A stretch of DNA of 64,000 nucleotides from Octopus sinensis (lineage: Eukaryota), in assembly GCF_006345805.1 (NCBI RefSeq), contig NC_043005.1, forward strand, positions 23,064,001 through 23,128,000. The letters run 5' to 3'. The notes under the pieces are model-generated. The model saw nothing but the letters and a program-made list of their open reading frames with translations. It was not told where the DNA came from and did not search any database. Positions 11,011-23,562 of the stretch are shown piece by piece. The position numbers were made by a program, and so were the translations under genes. The number at the start of each line of letters is the position of its first letter. Within the stretch, counting starts at the first letter, position 1.

Positions 11011-11339
11011 CGTTGTTTTTGTATGTGTGTGTGTGCTAATGTAGCAGTGTTGCTGTTTATGTTTGTTTGTCTCATTCTGTTTGTTTTTGGTGGTGGGGAG
11101 GTTCCTGTTGATGAAATCTATTTAAACAGCCGCACTGGATCCAGTTGAATCCCAATTATAATCCCGTGACGTGGTCGCTCGGCAAATCATAGATATCTAA
11201 TTCTGAGTTCCATTGGGAAACTATTTCTCTTTTATCGCTTAAAAGTAATTATATTTTTTAATTTTTAGCAAAAAGCAAAAAAAAAACACCAGCTATATAT
11301 ATTAGTAAATAAATAAACGGCATGGCACCAACAGAAACT

Positions 11340-13900
11340 GGTGTATGCCTCTAAGAATTTTTGAGACACTCCAAAACACTCACTGCATTACTGCTGGTGA
11401 TTGTGAAGCTGAAGCCCTGGACAAGCCAGAAACACCTCCTGTATTCCATCTGATGATATATCAGTGAGACGTAACGCTAACGAAGTAAGAAATTACTTTG
11501 TCAACGACCCAGTACCTCTCCTTCAACTTGTTGCAAAAGTCACAGGTTGACAAATATAATTTATCGATGTTTCAGTGCTGGGTGAAATATAATTCAGCTA
11601 CAGTTGCAGCATGAAGGATGTCTGATGGAGCTAAAGAGTTGCTAATAGCAGTGCCCAAAATAAGATATCTATATCTAGTCCAAGAGTAAAGAGTGAGTCC
11701 ATTAGGTCTCTTGCTATTCTCCTTGGACAACTCCACAGAACTGAAAGACTAAGTAAGACACCAGCCTTTACCACAGTAGACAGCATGTTAATAATTGATT
11801 AAATAGATCAAAAAGATTCAGAAATATGTTTTGACTAAATTATCCCACACTCAATTTTCCATGCTCTGAAACTAACAATCAAAGCATCTTCCACTGTTGT
11901 AGAGCTTCATCTCTCCCTCCTACTACCTGTTGAAGGGATAGAATATTGTCTGTCAAAGAGGAATGAGTATGAATGAAATAAAAGAACCAAGAGAGAAATA
12001 GAGAGGAGTATTTACAAAAACCCAGACACTGAATTGTTTGGGCAACAGATACTGAAGTAAGCTTAACATGACCAAGCTTTTGAGTTTCTCATAAATGACA
12101 TCATCAAAAATATACAAGGATGACAAGTTTCTTAACAAAGAGTTAACCCTCAGAATATAAAATAGCTTAGAAACAGATAAATAGATCCCTAAGAATATGA
12201 ACCTTTGATGCAGCTCAAGTTTTAACATCTGAGAAAGAAAGGTCAGTCCAAAAGCAACATCAGAAATTGGGGCTCGAAGGGAAATTCATGCTGATGGAGG
12301 AAAGAATTTGTTGAATAGATTCATCATAGTGATAGAGTGAAGATGAATGATTGTCTAATGTCCATTTTTGGAACCATCTGCTTCAAGATTCGGCAACCAA
12401 AATCCTCAGTTATCATCTTAGCTGGAGAGTGTACCCTTAGCAAACATCATCAAGTTACAAGTATTCAAATTCTAATCAGATCCCAGCCTAGAAATACCAT
12501 CAATGCCAGGACAAACAGTTCAGAACCTGTTGAATTACTGGCAATGTGCTAATCACCGAACCTTAGATGGGAGGGCTCTCAATAAGTCTGCCAAGCAAAG
12601 TGGTTGAGCTCCAAGATTCTCTCTTTCACTGAGCTGAAGATGACATTGTGTCTGATTAAGTTGGAAGCATTTTAAAAACTATACTGTGGATCTTATTAGG
12701 AGTGCTGACATGTATGAATAGTAGCTTTGCCAGTTTAGAATCAACCCAGAGCTGAGGAGAGAGATAGTAGGTGTTTGATGACAAACCCACTTCTGATATG
12801 AGGTGTCTCAAAGTACACCAAACTGCTAATCAAATTTAGTTTAAGACAGAATAACACTAAAAAACAAAAAAAAATGTTTAAAAAAAAGTACTGGGGTTGA
12901 TTCATTTGACTAAAAGTTCTTCAAGGTAGTGCCCTGGCCACAGTCTAATGACTGAAACAAGTAAATAAAATAATAAGAAAAAATGTAGGAAAGGATACTC
13001 TCACAAGAAAGTTTGTTTATGAACTGTTTGTGATATTCCGAAAACTTGAGACTCACATCACCAACCATCATGGAAATCCTATTTATAAGATGTCAGGGGT
13101 TAAGAGGTCACATCTAGATCCCACAGTAAAGGAAATGATCACTTTTCTTACATTATCTTTGGTAAATCTGGTCCTAAATAGCCTGATGACCAAGGCTATT
13201 GTAAATAATTATTGAAAGAAGGATGGTTTCATTTCAATTGGTCCAGGAATTCAGTGTTAGAATGAGCAAGACTAAAAAGGGAAGAAAGAGTATGAACTGC
13301 TCCTTTGATATTATTATTCACAGAATTTAGTGTTGATGGCTTTCTTCAGGTTTAGACTCCAATTGACATTTCTGTCTATAGCTTTTCTATTCATCTCAGG
13401 CCTGAGAAATAGTTGTCATTTCAAAGATGTGAGAGAATTTGCTTCTTCATCAGGCACTCAGGAAAAAACAATCTTTACCAACCAGTTATATCATTAGATA
13501 GATAGCTCTGCTTTCTTCAAGATTGAAGAGAGAATTAATGAAACAACAATGACTGCACTCTTGGGATACAGTAAATAAACTTTAACATGAATGGGCTTCT
13601 CAAGACAGCAGTCAAATTTTCAACAGGAAGCTGGTTACTCAAGTGAGGCTCAGCTATGCAACGAATGTCAGAGGTGAAGTTGCACTGATTACAAACCTAG
13701 TTTGAAAACTCAACTTGGACCCTAGTTATGCCTGTATAAATCTGTAATAACTTTTGCAAAGTGGTAAAGGTGTCAGCTATCATTCAAATTAATTGAAAAA
13801 CAACATTATGTCATGCAGTTGGCTGGTCAAAACAGGTTGTTTATCTGCAGTCTAGTATATTTATTTATTTATCTGCAGTCTAGTTGCTCAACTCTGATCT
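11340..13900 (-). mobile_element. Highly decayed retroelement, possibly DIRS/Ngaro-like
   Basis: Minus-strand remnants: MDIRQSF...LLLD (LDLKDAY..LPFGL-like), LELHQRFIFLG (PTQ.I.FLG-like), INML (HINxLEL-like). Many stops; boundaries uncertain. Confidence 0.35.
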
Positions 13901-14862
13901 AGCAGATGAAGAAAAAGTTTCAACAGTGACCATTCCATCTTAATTTTAGGCATTGTGTATATAGACTACATTCTCTAATAATAAAACAGTAGAATCTGGG
14001 AAAACTGTTGTCCGTCTACATTGGAAGATAGTAACACAAATAGTCCAAGCAGTGTAATATGTTTCATGCTATTATAAACCTGATGTTTGGAATAGAACCC
14101 TTTACCAGAGAAATGTGTCAACTCAAAATTTTGTAGGTGAAATTGGGTATACAGGAAGCCCATCAAATGAACTGCCCCTAAAGGCTGGATTTATCACACA
14201 ATATCATGCTTATTCTGCCTTATAGTTTACTTAGCTTCTATAACAGAATGAGAATAGGAGCTTCTTTGATTTAATATCTGGAATATTCATTGTTAAACTA
14301 ACTGACAGGGAGAGATGAACCAATATGTAAATAAATTATAAAGAAAAAATAAATGAGGTAATGGAGAAAACACAAGTAGGTCAATGAGTTTGGATAAGGG
14401 ACGATGTGTTTGTATTCCTTCTTAGCTGAAGAAATGTAATGTATCTTAAAAATAAATAGAAAAATAATTCAAAGATATTAAACATTTAAATAATATCTTA
14501 TATTTATTGAAAAAATGGCTAAAGTGAAGAAGAAATCAGTATAAAAATAAACAAAATATAAAGGGATGCATACTCTTCAAATATAAAAATCATACATCAC
14601 ACCAGGTGACATTTTTGTTTCTCTCTAAAGATGTTTGAATTTCACAAAATTAATTTACAGTTTTAGGGGACAGAAGTATGTGAATAAATTTTGTGAATTT
14701 AATTCTTAATTTCTTAAAATCATCTCCCTTTCTCTTTGAGAATTGTTAACTGTTACTGCTAAGATTTTGTTCTCTATCTGCAATTAAAAAAGAAATTTCC
14801 ATTATATATATATATATATATATATCTGTAAATGTAATATGTGACAATTATTCAGTAGCCAC

Positions 14863-14923
14863 GATAAAACTCTGAGTTTTGGATGCCAAGGTGGAAATCC
14901 ATGCCGCCATCTCTTCAGTTATC
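14863..14923 (-). ncRNA. Type-I hammerhead-ribozyme-like motif (probably inactivated)
   Basis: GATAA-CTGAAGA-GATG...CATC-C-AAAA-CTCAGAG-TT-TTATC. Stems I, II and III pair; the GAAA box reads AAAA. Confidence 0.6.
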
Positions 14924-14950
14924 CACCCATCGGAAAAATGCTATGAAAAA

Positions 14951-14998
<48 letters not shown>

Positions 14999-15000
<2 letters not shown>

Positions 15001-15540
15001 GGATATTAATCGTCTGGAAACTGTTCAGCGACGTGCAACCAAGAGAATACCCTCTATCAGGCATTTGCCATATTCTGAATACCTTACTTCTCTGGGCATG
15101 GATACATTGAAACTCCAATATCTGGCAGCTGACTTGGCAGACATCCATAAAATTATTAACCATCTTACAAACAATAACTCTGGGCATCTTTTCAAACTCC
15201 GCCTGTCAAACACCCGTGGACACGTTTACAAAGTCAGAAAACAGCACAGCTGCCATGACTTTCGGAAACATTTTTTCACGCTAAGAGTTGCTGAAATATG
15301 GAACAAACTGCCGGCATCAGTTGTTAGTTGTCGGAGCACTGCATCCTTCAAAACTTCCATGCTTCCTGAGATTCGCCAACACTACACCTGATTTTCTTCC
15401 CTCCGTACACACGTAAGCATGTATCTGACTCATACACTGTTCACTTCCCAAACATTTGTACATTACTGCATACACTTTATATGCACTTTTGACCTGTTGT
15501 GGTGCACCTGAGCACTGTAGACAATAATTTCATCATTATT
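14999..15540 (+). mobile_element. CR1/L2-like LINE 3' end
   Basis: LETVQRRATKRIP...TRGHVYK...RKHFFTLRVAEIWNKLP...FK, followed by a 3'UTR ending in cattatt repeats. Confidence 0.85.
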
Positions 15541-15544
15541 TTTA

Positions 15545-16975
15545 TATGGACACAAAAGGTGCAGTAATATCAGAGGAAGGTTAATAGGGAAGATAGTTTT
15601 TGTGTGGAAGGTGCGCAGCTACAATAAACACCAAAAACATACAGAAAATTGATTCTATCACATAGCAGGGGGGGGGGGGACTAGGAGTAGTTGATAGCTT
15701 CTGTTACCTGCATGGCCAAGTCAGTAGCAGAAGGTGGATGCTCTGTGAGCATAGCTGGTAGAATAAGAATAGGCTGGGCAAAGTTCAGAGAGCTCCTACC
15801 TCTGTTGGTAACAAAGGGCCTCTTGCTCAGAGTGAAAGGCAGATTGTATGATGCCTGTGTGTGAACAGTCATACTACATGGCAGTGAAACATGGGCTGTG
15901 ACTGCTTAGGACATGCGTAGGCTTGAAAGAAATGAAGCTAGAATGCTCTGCTGGATGTGTAATGTCAGTGTGCATGCATGACAGAGTGTAAGCATCCTGA
16001 GAGAAAAGTTGGGTATAAGAAGCATCAGATGTGGTGTGCAAGAGAGATGACTGTGCTGGTATGGTCAAGTGTTGCATATGGATGAGGACAGCTGTGTGAA
16101 AAAGTGTTACGCCCTAACAGTGGAGGGAACCTATAGAAGAGGTAGACCCAGGAAGATATGAGATGAGGTGATGAAGTATGATCTTCAAATGTTGGGCCTC
16201 ACAGAGGCAATGACAAGTGACCGAGACCTTTGGAGATATGCTATACTTGTGAAGACTTGTCAAGCCAAGTGAGATCACAGTTGTGGCTGATACCAGTGGC
16301 ATTTAACTGGCCCATTAAAAGTACCCTTGAATCATTGGGCAATATGCCGTGCCTATAAGACTTGTCAAAACGAGTGAAATCATAGTCATGGCTGATGTCA
16401 GTGCCATCTGACTGGCACCCATGCCAGTGGCATGTAAAAAGCATCATTTGATTGTTAGGTCTCATGGAGGCAGTGACAAATAACCAAGACCCTTGGCAAT
16501 ATACTGTGCTTGTATTGACCTGTCAACCCAAGTGAGACTGTAGTCATGGCCAATGCTGGTGTCAAGTCAATGGCCCCTGTGCTAGTGGCACATAAAAAGC
16601 ACCCACTACACTCTTGGGGTGGTTGGCATTAGGAAGGGCATCCAGCCGTAGAAACCTTGCCAAATCAGAATGGAACCTGGTGCAGCCCCCCCCCAGCTTA
16701 CCAGTTTTCAATCAAACCGTCCAACCCATGTCAGGATGGAAAGCGGACGTTAAACGATGATGATGATGAACACTGCCACGTAAATGCACCTGTGCTGGTG
16801 CTGCGTAAAAGCACACAGTACACTCTGTAAAGTGGTTGGCGTTAGGAGGGCATCCAGCTGTAGAAACTATGCCAAAACAGACATTAGCTTGGGCAGCTCT
16901 CTTCAGCTGGTCAGCTCCTGTAAAACCGTCCTACCCATGCCAGAATAGAAAACAGACGTTAAATGATGATGGTGA
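15545..16975 (+). mobile_element. RTE LINE 3' fragment with two (GAT)n-tailed ends
   Basis: Homologous to 4870-6250 (KGRLYDACV..LHGSETW). Tails at about 16757 and 16963. Confidence 0.8.
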
Positions 16976-17814
16976 TGTTTGATAAATCATTAAGTGTTGA
17001 ATGTGAAATAAATTAAAAATTCATTTTGTAATTTTTAATTTTAGTTTGTAAAATTTTGTGATATTAGAAATAAAATCTCTTTTTCAAGGTAGCACGTTTT
17101 GAGACTTTTCTTGGCTTTCCTGTTGTCCCCTCACAAGATATTGAGATATAGGTGCTGTGAAATAATGAAGTAAAAAATAATTTTCTTTTAAAACCAGATC
17201 TCACAACTATATTTAAAAAAAAAAAGAAATTTAACGTAGTAGTAGTACAAATAAAGTATTTGCTTCTCACTAGAACAATATTTTGATTTCGTTGAGTTCC
17301 CAAATTTAAAATATATAATCAACCTTTTCAGGACTATAATTGCATTTCATCTTTTCGGAGATCGATAAAATAAAGTACCAGTCAAGTACTAAGGTCGATG
17401 TAGTTGATTAACACCTCCCACTTAAATTACTTGTATTAAAAATTTGAAACCATTATTGTTGTTATATGTTTTTTTTTTGTTTTACTATGAGCCTGTTTCG
17501 CAGAACTCTGGTTAAACAGTGCTACAACAAATAGTGCGAAAAAAATTCAAAAACAAAATAAACACAGTGGTGTCTCTTCTCTTTAGTGGCCTGCACTTAT
17601 GCTTATTCCGCTTAATGATTAATCAGAGCATGCCCACTAGTGAAGGAAGGGACACAATGGATAATATAGTCTGAGACATATTCTTAAAAAGACAGGATGG
17701 CCATAGTTGGAATGCTTTTTATCATACATCCCCTCAATAAGATTTGATAGTTTTAACAGCAACTTTTAGCATTAATAAAATTACTTGGAATTGTTTTTCA
17801 TAGTTGACAATTAT

Positions 17815-17864
17815 TTGTTCGGATCCGTCTTAATCCCAGAATTCCACCAACTTCCTGTTTATAG
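17815..17864 (+). promoter_or_regulatory. Candidate promoter / non-coding first exon of the ZNF800-like gene
   Basis: Donor-like AG|GTAAAT at 17864/17865, ETS-like CTTCCTG, TCCCAGAATTCC (ZNF143-like) and local CpG retention. The first coding exon has an acceptor, so an upstream exon must exist somewhere. Confidence 0.35.
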
Positions 17865-18638
17865 GTAAATTGTTTAAAAAAAAAACTCTATATTTATTTC
17901 CAGTAAGGTGTCCTTATGTGTTTCATGTCGTTTAAAAGATGGTTTGTATTTGTATGTTTCTTTTTAGCTAAATAGACTCTATTCTTCTATTGTTAATGTT
18001 CGCATCTGTTGGTAAAGTTCGCTGGAATTGTGTGTGTTTGCTGACGCTGCATCTATGTTTGCAACGGTTGCTGTGGTATATCGCTTCATGTAACAATATA
18101 CTTCCCTTTGTGAACAAATGTCAACTTTTCTTGTTCTTTCAGACAATAATTACAGCTATTAGTACTAAACAAAAATCTATAGAAGAACATTTATAATCCA
18201 ATTAATGACAACAGTCTATATTTTAACGGAGCAGAAAAGTTAAACTGATCAAATTCTTTTTATATAAAGGAAACGATTTCTTTTGTATAGCTAGTGCTTG
18301 TTCAAAAGTTACAACAGCCTGGTTACTATGTGTTTCCCATCCAAACATCAAGAATTTGAATCAAATTTTACAAAAAGATAAAATTGATGTTATTGTAATT
18401 ATTTTACGGTTAATTATTATTTTCATTTATATATATTTTTTTTCTTTTGTCTGCAACAACGAGGTCTTTCATTCTTGCTTCCTTTGTCTCCTCGATATTG
18501 TTTCTTATATCCTTCAGTGAATTAAACGAGCATCATCAATTGGTTTTAATTATGAGACTTACATATGAAAAGATTATTTCCGATCTCGCAGTAAACAAGA
18601 TATATATATATACAAACACACACACACACATATATATA

Positions 18639-18691
<53 letters not shown>

Positions 18692-19074
18692 GAGGAAATT
18701 AACTGAAACTCGGAGTACAGACAGAGAAACCCAAACTGCTATTCAACTAATATATAGAATGAGAATAGGAGTTATATATATATGTGTGGTGTGTGTGTGT
18801 GTGTGAGAGAGAGCAAACAACTTGGCGCCCAAGTTAATGAGTTCAAAACTCGGCCACTTACATGAACACGTTTTCGTATTTAGCTTTATTAAAAATGTAA
18901 ACATGTATTCACCGTTCAGTTCCAAGTTTATTATTGAAACAATTATTGTTTCAAATTTTGGCACAAGGCCAGCAATTTTAGAGGTAGCAAAGTTGACCAC
19001 GGTGGGATTTGAACTCATAATGCAAAGAATCGGAAGAAATGATGCTGTGTGCAAGCGTATATATATTCTTTTAT

Positions 19075-19382
19075 TATTTTACTTGTTTCAGTCTTTTGAC
19101 TTCGGCCATGCTGGAACACCGCCTTTAGTCGAATAAATCGACCCAGAGCTTATTCTTTGTAAGCCTAATACTTATTCTGTCAGTCCCTTTTGCCGCACCG
19201 TTAAATCACGGGGGACGTACACGGACCAACAGCGGTTGTCAAACGATGGTGGGGGTACAAGCACAGACAGACACATATATGCATATATATACGACGGGCT
19301 TCTTTCAATTTCCGTCTACCAAATCCACTCACAAGGCTTTGGTCAGCCCAAGGCTATAGAAGACACTTGCCCAAGGTGCCAC
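19075..19382 (-). mobile_element. SINE (family of 45820-46205), 5'-truncated
   Basis: Reverse complement of the ggcaccttgggcaagtgtcttct...gactgaaacaagtaaaa family. Confidence 0.75.
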
Positions 19383-19384
19383 AA

Positions 19385-19441
<57 letters not shown>

Positions 19442-20056
19442 ACGCACTGGAGCTTGTGGTTTTTAGTTTGCTCCCCCTGCTTTCTTGCTCACATTCCGCC
19501 TGCTTGGGCGACTTCACTTTCCATTCTTCCACATTTAATAAAGTAAGTTCTAGTAATGTACTTAGTCGATTCAACTAATTTAAGCCCTTCTCTATAAATT
19601 CTTGGTATACACGAATGCTGAGGAATGATTACTATCACTGAAGCAGTGGTCAGGTAGTATTAAGCTTTGGCCCTGACTCTGAGTTCAAATTTCATTGTGG
19701 CCAACTTTCATAAAATAAGTTAGATAGAAAGGCTGAGGTTCATTAAGTCAATTCCTCAACTTTTCCAATCATTTCTGGTTTAGTTTGTGTCACAATATTA
19801 AAAATTTTGTTTGTTAATTCTCTCCAAACTATTTTAATTATTTTGGAAATGAGAATTGTAAGATAAAACAAAATTAAAAGGAAAAGTTTCAATTTTCAAA
19901 ATGAAGACTATATTATTGTTTAGCCCTGAGTCATCCCTGATCATACAGAGGCTTTGTGAAAGGCATTTCAACCATGACTGTCTTATATATATATATATAT
20001 ATATATGAAAGAGGAGCAGTGTAGTTTGCTTGAAGCATTGTACTACAGAAGTAGAA

Positions 20057-20378
20057 TCATCATCATCATCATCGTTGTTTAACGTCCACTTTCCATGCTG
20101 GGGGTTGGACGGTTTGACTGAACACTGGTGATCCCGAAGGCTGCACCAGGCTCAATCTGATCTGGCAAAGTTTCTACAGCTGGATGCCCTTCCTAATGCC
20201 AACCACTCCGAGAGTGTAATGGGTGCTTTTACGTGCCACCGGCATGAGGGCCAGTCAGGCGGTTCTGACAATGACCACGCTCAAAAGGTATTTTTTATGT
20301 GTTACTTGCACAGGAGCCAGTCTGGCAGCACTGGCAATGACCATGCTCGAATGTTGTTTTTCATGTGCCACCGCCATG
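20057..20378 (-). mobile_element. (GAT)n-tailed RTE-related short element
   Basis: catcatcatc gttgtttaacgtcc...ggatgcccttcctaatgccaacc consensus. Confidence 0.8.
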
Positions 20379-20687
20379 GGAAATGAGGAAAGCTTCTAAC
20401 AATGCAGAGTTTAGAAAACCTTTATGTATTTTGGGTGCAAAGGGCCATCTTCAGAAGAGTACAGTCAAAGAAATGTGTGTTTACATGGCTCCTGCCATTT
20501 GGATAACCAAATGGGCAGTTTTAGTCCAGTGCTTGTGCATCTGAAATATATAAAAGTTTTTTTAAGCTTTCATCTCTGCATTGTTAGAAGCTTTCCTCAT
20601 TTCCCTTTCCATATTATTTTACATACACACACACACATATTTGTGTGTGTGTAAGTATGTATGTAAAATAATATATGAAATATATAT

Positions 20688-22025
20688 AATAATGATGAAA
20701 TTATTGTACACAGTGCTCAGGTGCACCACAACTGGTCAAAAGTGCATATAAAGTGTATGCAATAATGTACAAATGTCTGGAAAGTGAACAGTGCATGAGT
20801 CAAATACATGCTTGCGTGTGTATGGAGGGGAGAAAATCAGGTGTAGTATTGGTGAATCTCAGCTTGATGTCATTTGCATATTTCAGATGTGGCATTCTTT
20901 AAGTTGGCATCTATGTCATTAACATATGCAACAAATAAAAGGGGGCCAAGAGCAGATCCCTGTGGTACACCAGATGTCATCTCATAGAATGAAGAGTGCT
21001 GTCCTAGAACTATGATAACCTCTTTTCGGCTGATAATGAAGGACTTCAACCAGTTATAGAGATCATCTTTTACACCCATTGCAGAGAATTTCACCATAAG
21101 TCTTTTGTGTGGCACAGAATTAAAAGCCTCAGCAAAGTCCAGGTAAACAATATCCACCCAGGATCCGTGATCAGTGATTCGGGTAATGTCCTCAAGAAAC
21201 TCGATGAGTTGATTACAGCAGCTGGAGTTAGGAATAAATCCAAATTGTGACGGCTGGATGAGGCTGTGAGACTTCCAGAAGTTCCAGAGGGTTTCTCTGA
21301 CACAGGATTCCATCAGTTTGGCGATGCAGCTAGTAAGACTAACGAAGCGATAGTTGACAGGCAATGTGCGGTCACCTTTTAATACTGGCAGTTTTCCACT
21401 GCTCTCGAGTAACACCATTGTCAAGACAGAATTGAAAGAATAGTGAAAATTGGTTTAGAAGAAAGTACCCACCGCATTTAAGAAGTAGGTATGTAACACC
21501 ATCGAGACCAGGAAAGGCATGGTTACGTTTATAGTCTGGTGTCAGAGGTGATGGAGATGGAACATTTTGATCTTCAACAGTAAAGATGCCTGCATAGGAT
21601 CCAGCAATGATTTCTGCACGTTCTTTGGGATTGCCAGTAATCTGCCCTGAGTGGGGATTGCAAAGGGGACTAACTGGAGAGTGAGGTCTCTGCTTTGAGT
21701 GTACATACTTCCAGAACACTTTGCTGTCAGGGTTGGTTGCTATGCGCTGTTCAAATTCAAACACTGCCTTTTTCGTCACCTGCTTGAGATGGTTGGCTGA
21801 TCTATTGCACTTTTTCCTGTTGATCTCTGATTTGTGCAATTTGTATTCCTGTTCAGCATTACGGCGTTCTTTCCTGGCAATTTGGACTGCTGCAGTCTCC
21901 CAAATTGCACTATTAGGTGGTTTTTTGTGCTTGCGTGGTACCGATGCTGCACATGCCGCCCATATTGAATTCATATAACAGGTAATCATGATCAACTTAA
22001 CTGGGGTTGTGTTAGAACACAAAAT
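20688..22025 (-). mobile_element. CR1/L2-like LINE with partial RT and internal deletion
   Basis: NYRFVSLTS, QFGF, DIVYLDFAEAFNSVPH, SGVPQGSALGPLLF and YAND motifs. Joined at about 20865 directly to the same 3'UTR as 15365-15540. Confidence 0.88.
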
Positions 22026-22313
22026 AATGCATTTTTTTACCTTGAGAGAATCTCTAAGGACTCATGGTGCATAAAAACACTTGGAATTATGTTGTTGACA
22101 GATGAGAATTATCTGCTATGTCTGATCATGTAATTTTGCCCTGCTATAGTATCCTCTGTGACAGATGTCCAGCAGCACAATAACAGCCAAATCTCCTGTC
22201 AACAATATATAAAATCTCAGTTTCTATTCAGGCATTGGTGTCACAAATTGCCAGTGGGCTTATTAGCAAATAATTGTGACAGAAGCAGTATTAATACCAA
22301 AAGATAATATATA

Positions 22314-23562
22314 CAGGGTGTGGTTAATAAAATGTTGTCTAATTTACACAAAAATGAAAAATAACACTGATATTTCATTTTAACAGATATATTTACCAAA
22401 ATATCTTGAAATACTAAAGAGTAAATTCATTCAATAAAATCACCATTGGCTTCAACCACTGCCTCCTGACAACTTCGAAAACTCCCGCAACTCTTCTTGA
22501 TGGTCTCCTTGTTTAAGTTGGTGAATGCTGCCATAATCCTTGCCTTCAGTTTGTCTTTGGTGTTACAAGGAGTTTCGTTGGTCTCTCTCTGATCTGTGCC
22601 CCACACATTAATAAAGGGGTTTACAGTCTGGGGAGTTAGGTGGTCAGATGTTAGGGGTGATGTGGTTGCAGAAATTGTCTGACAGCTACGATTGGGTTCT
22701 CCTGCTTGTTTGGCATGGTACAGAGTTCTGTTGCCAGATAAGGTCTTCCAGCAGCCACCCTCTTGACCCAGGGCAGCACTACCTCCTCAAGTTACTTGAT
22801 GTAGGCCTCTGTTGAGTCTGAAGCTGTGTGGAAGATGAATGGAGGCATAACATCACCATCACTAGTGATCACTCCAAACATCATGATGTTAACTGGACGT
22901 TTGATTTTTACCACTCTTGTTACATGTTTTGGGAACATAGCAAGCTAACGGTTGTTCTGTGTGTTCACCATCTGATTCTGGCAGAAATTTTTCTTGTCTG
23001 AGAAAAACCAAAGTATGTTCAGTTGGAGGGGATGCTAGAATTTGTTCAAAAGCTTGGTAGCGCTGTCTTTCCCCTTGTCATTGATGACTTGGGATAAAAA
23101 TTGGCCTTTTCTCATCTTGTTTGAGGAATACAGAATGTCATGCACTACCTGCCTGATAAAAAAACTCAAACACTCCTATGGACCTGATTGACTTGGCGAG
23201 ATCATTGTCAATCATAGCCTGGATCTCTCCAACAAATTCAGATGTTCTTTTCTTAGAGTAAGTTTTCCGTGCTGCTGTACCTTCGTAATCACCATTAGAT
23301 TCCTCCAACTCTTTCCAAATTCTCAGAACTGTCCTCAGATTGACACCCAAACACTCTGAAATGTTCATATTGGAGCTTCTGGCATGAATGCCAAGCAGTA
23401 ATGCATGTCGTTTCCAAATTTTTGGCAAGTGAATTGCATCAAGGTGCTGCTTTTCTCACAGACGGTGCCCAACTGACCCTACTATACTGTGTAGTCAACA
23501 AAATCAAAGTGCATGCACAATATAAAAATATAAAATGGTGATAATTTACCCGTCACACCCTG
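22314..23562 (-). mobile_element. Tc1/mariner-superfamily DNA transposon (maT/DD37D-like), full-length but decayed
   Basis: TA|CAGGGTGTG...CACACCCTG|TA ends. HTH region (ISECLGVNLRTVLRIWK), FSDKKNF and PPNSPDCKP motifs; frameshifted. Confidence 0.85.

Noticed and set aside
18447-18806. ORFs containing YIYIYI/CVCVCV/THTH runs here and elsewhere
   Set aside because: These are translations of (TA)n/(TG)n microsatellites.
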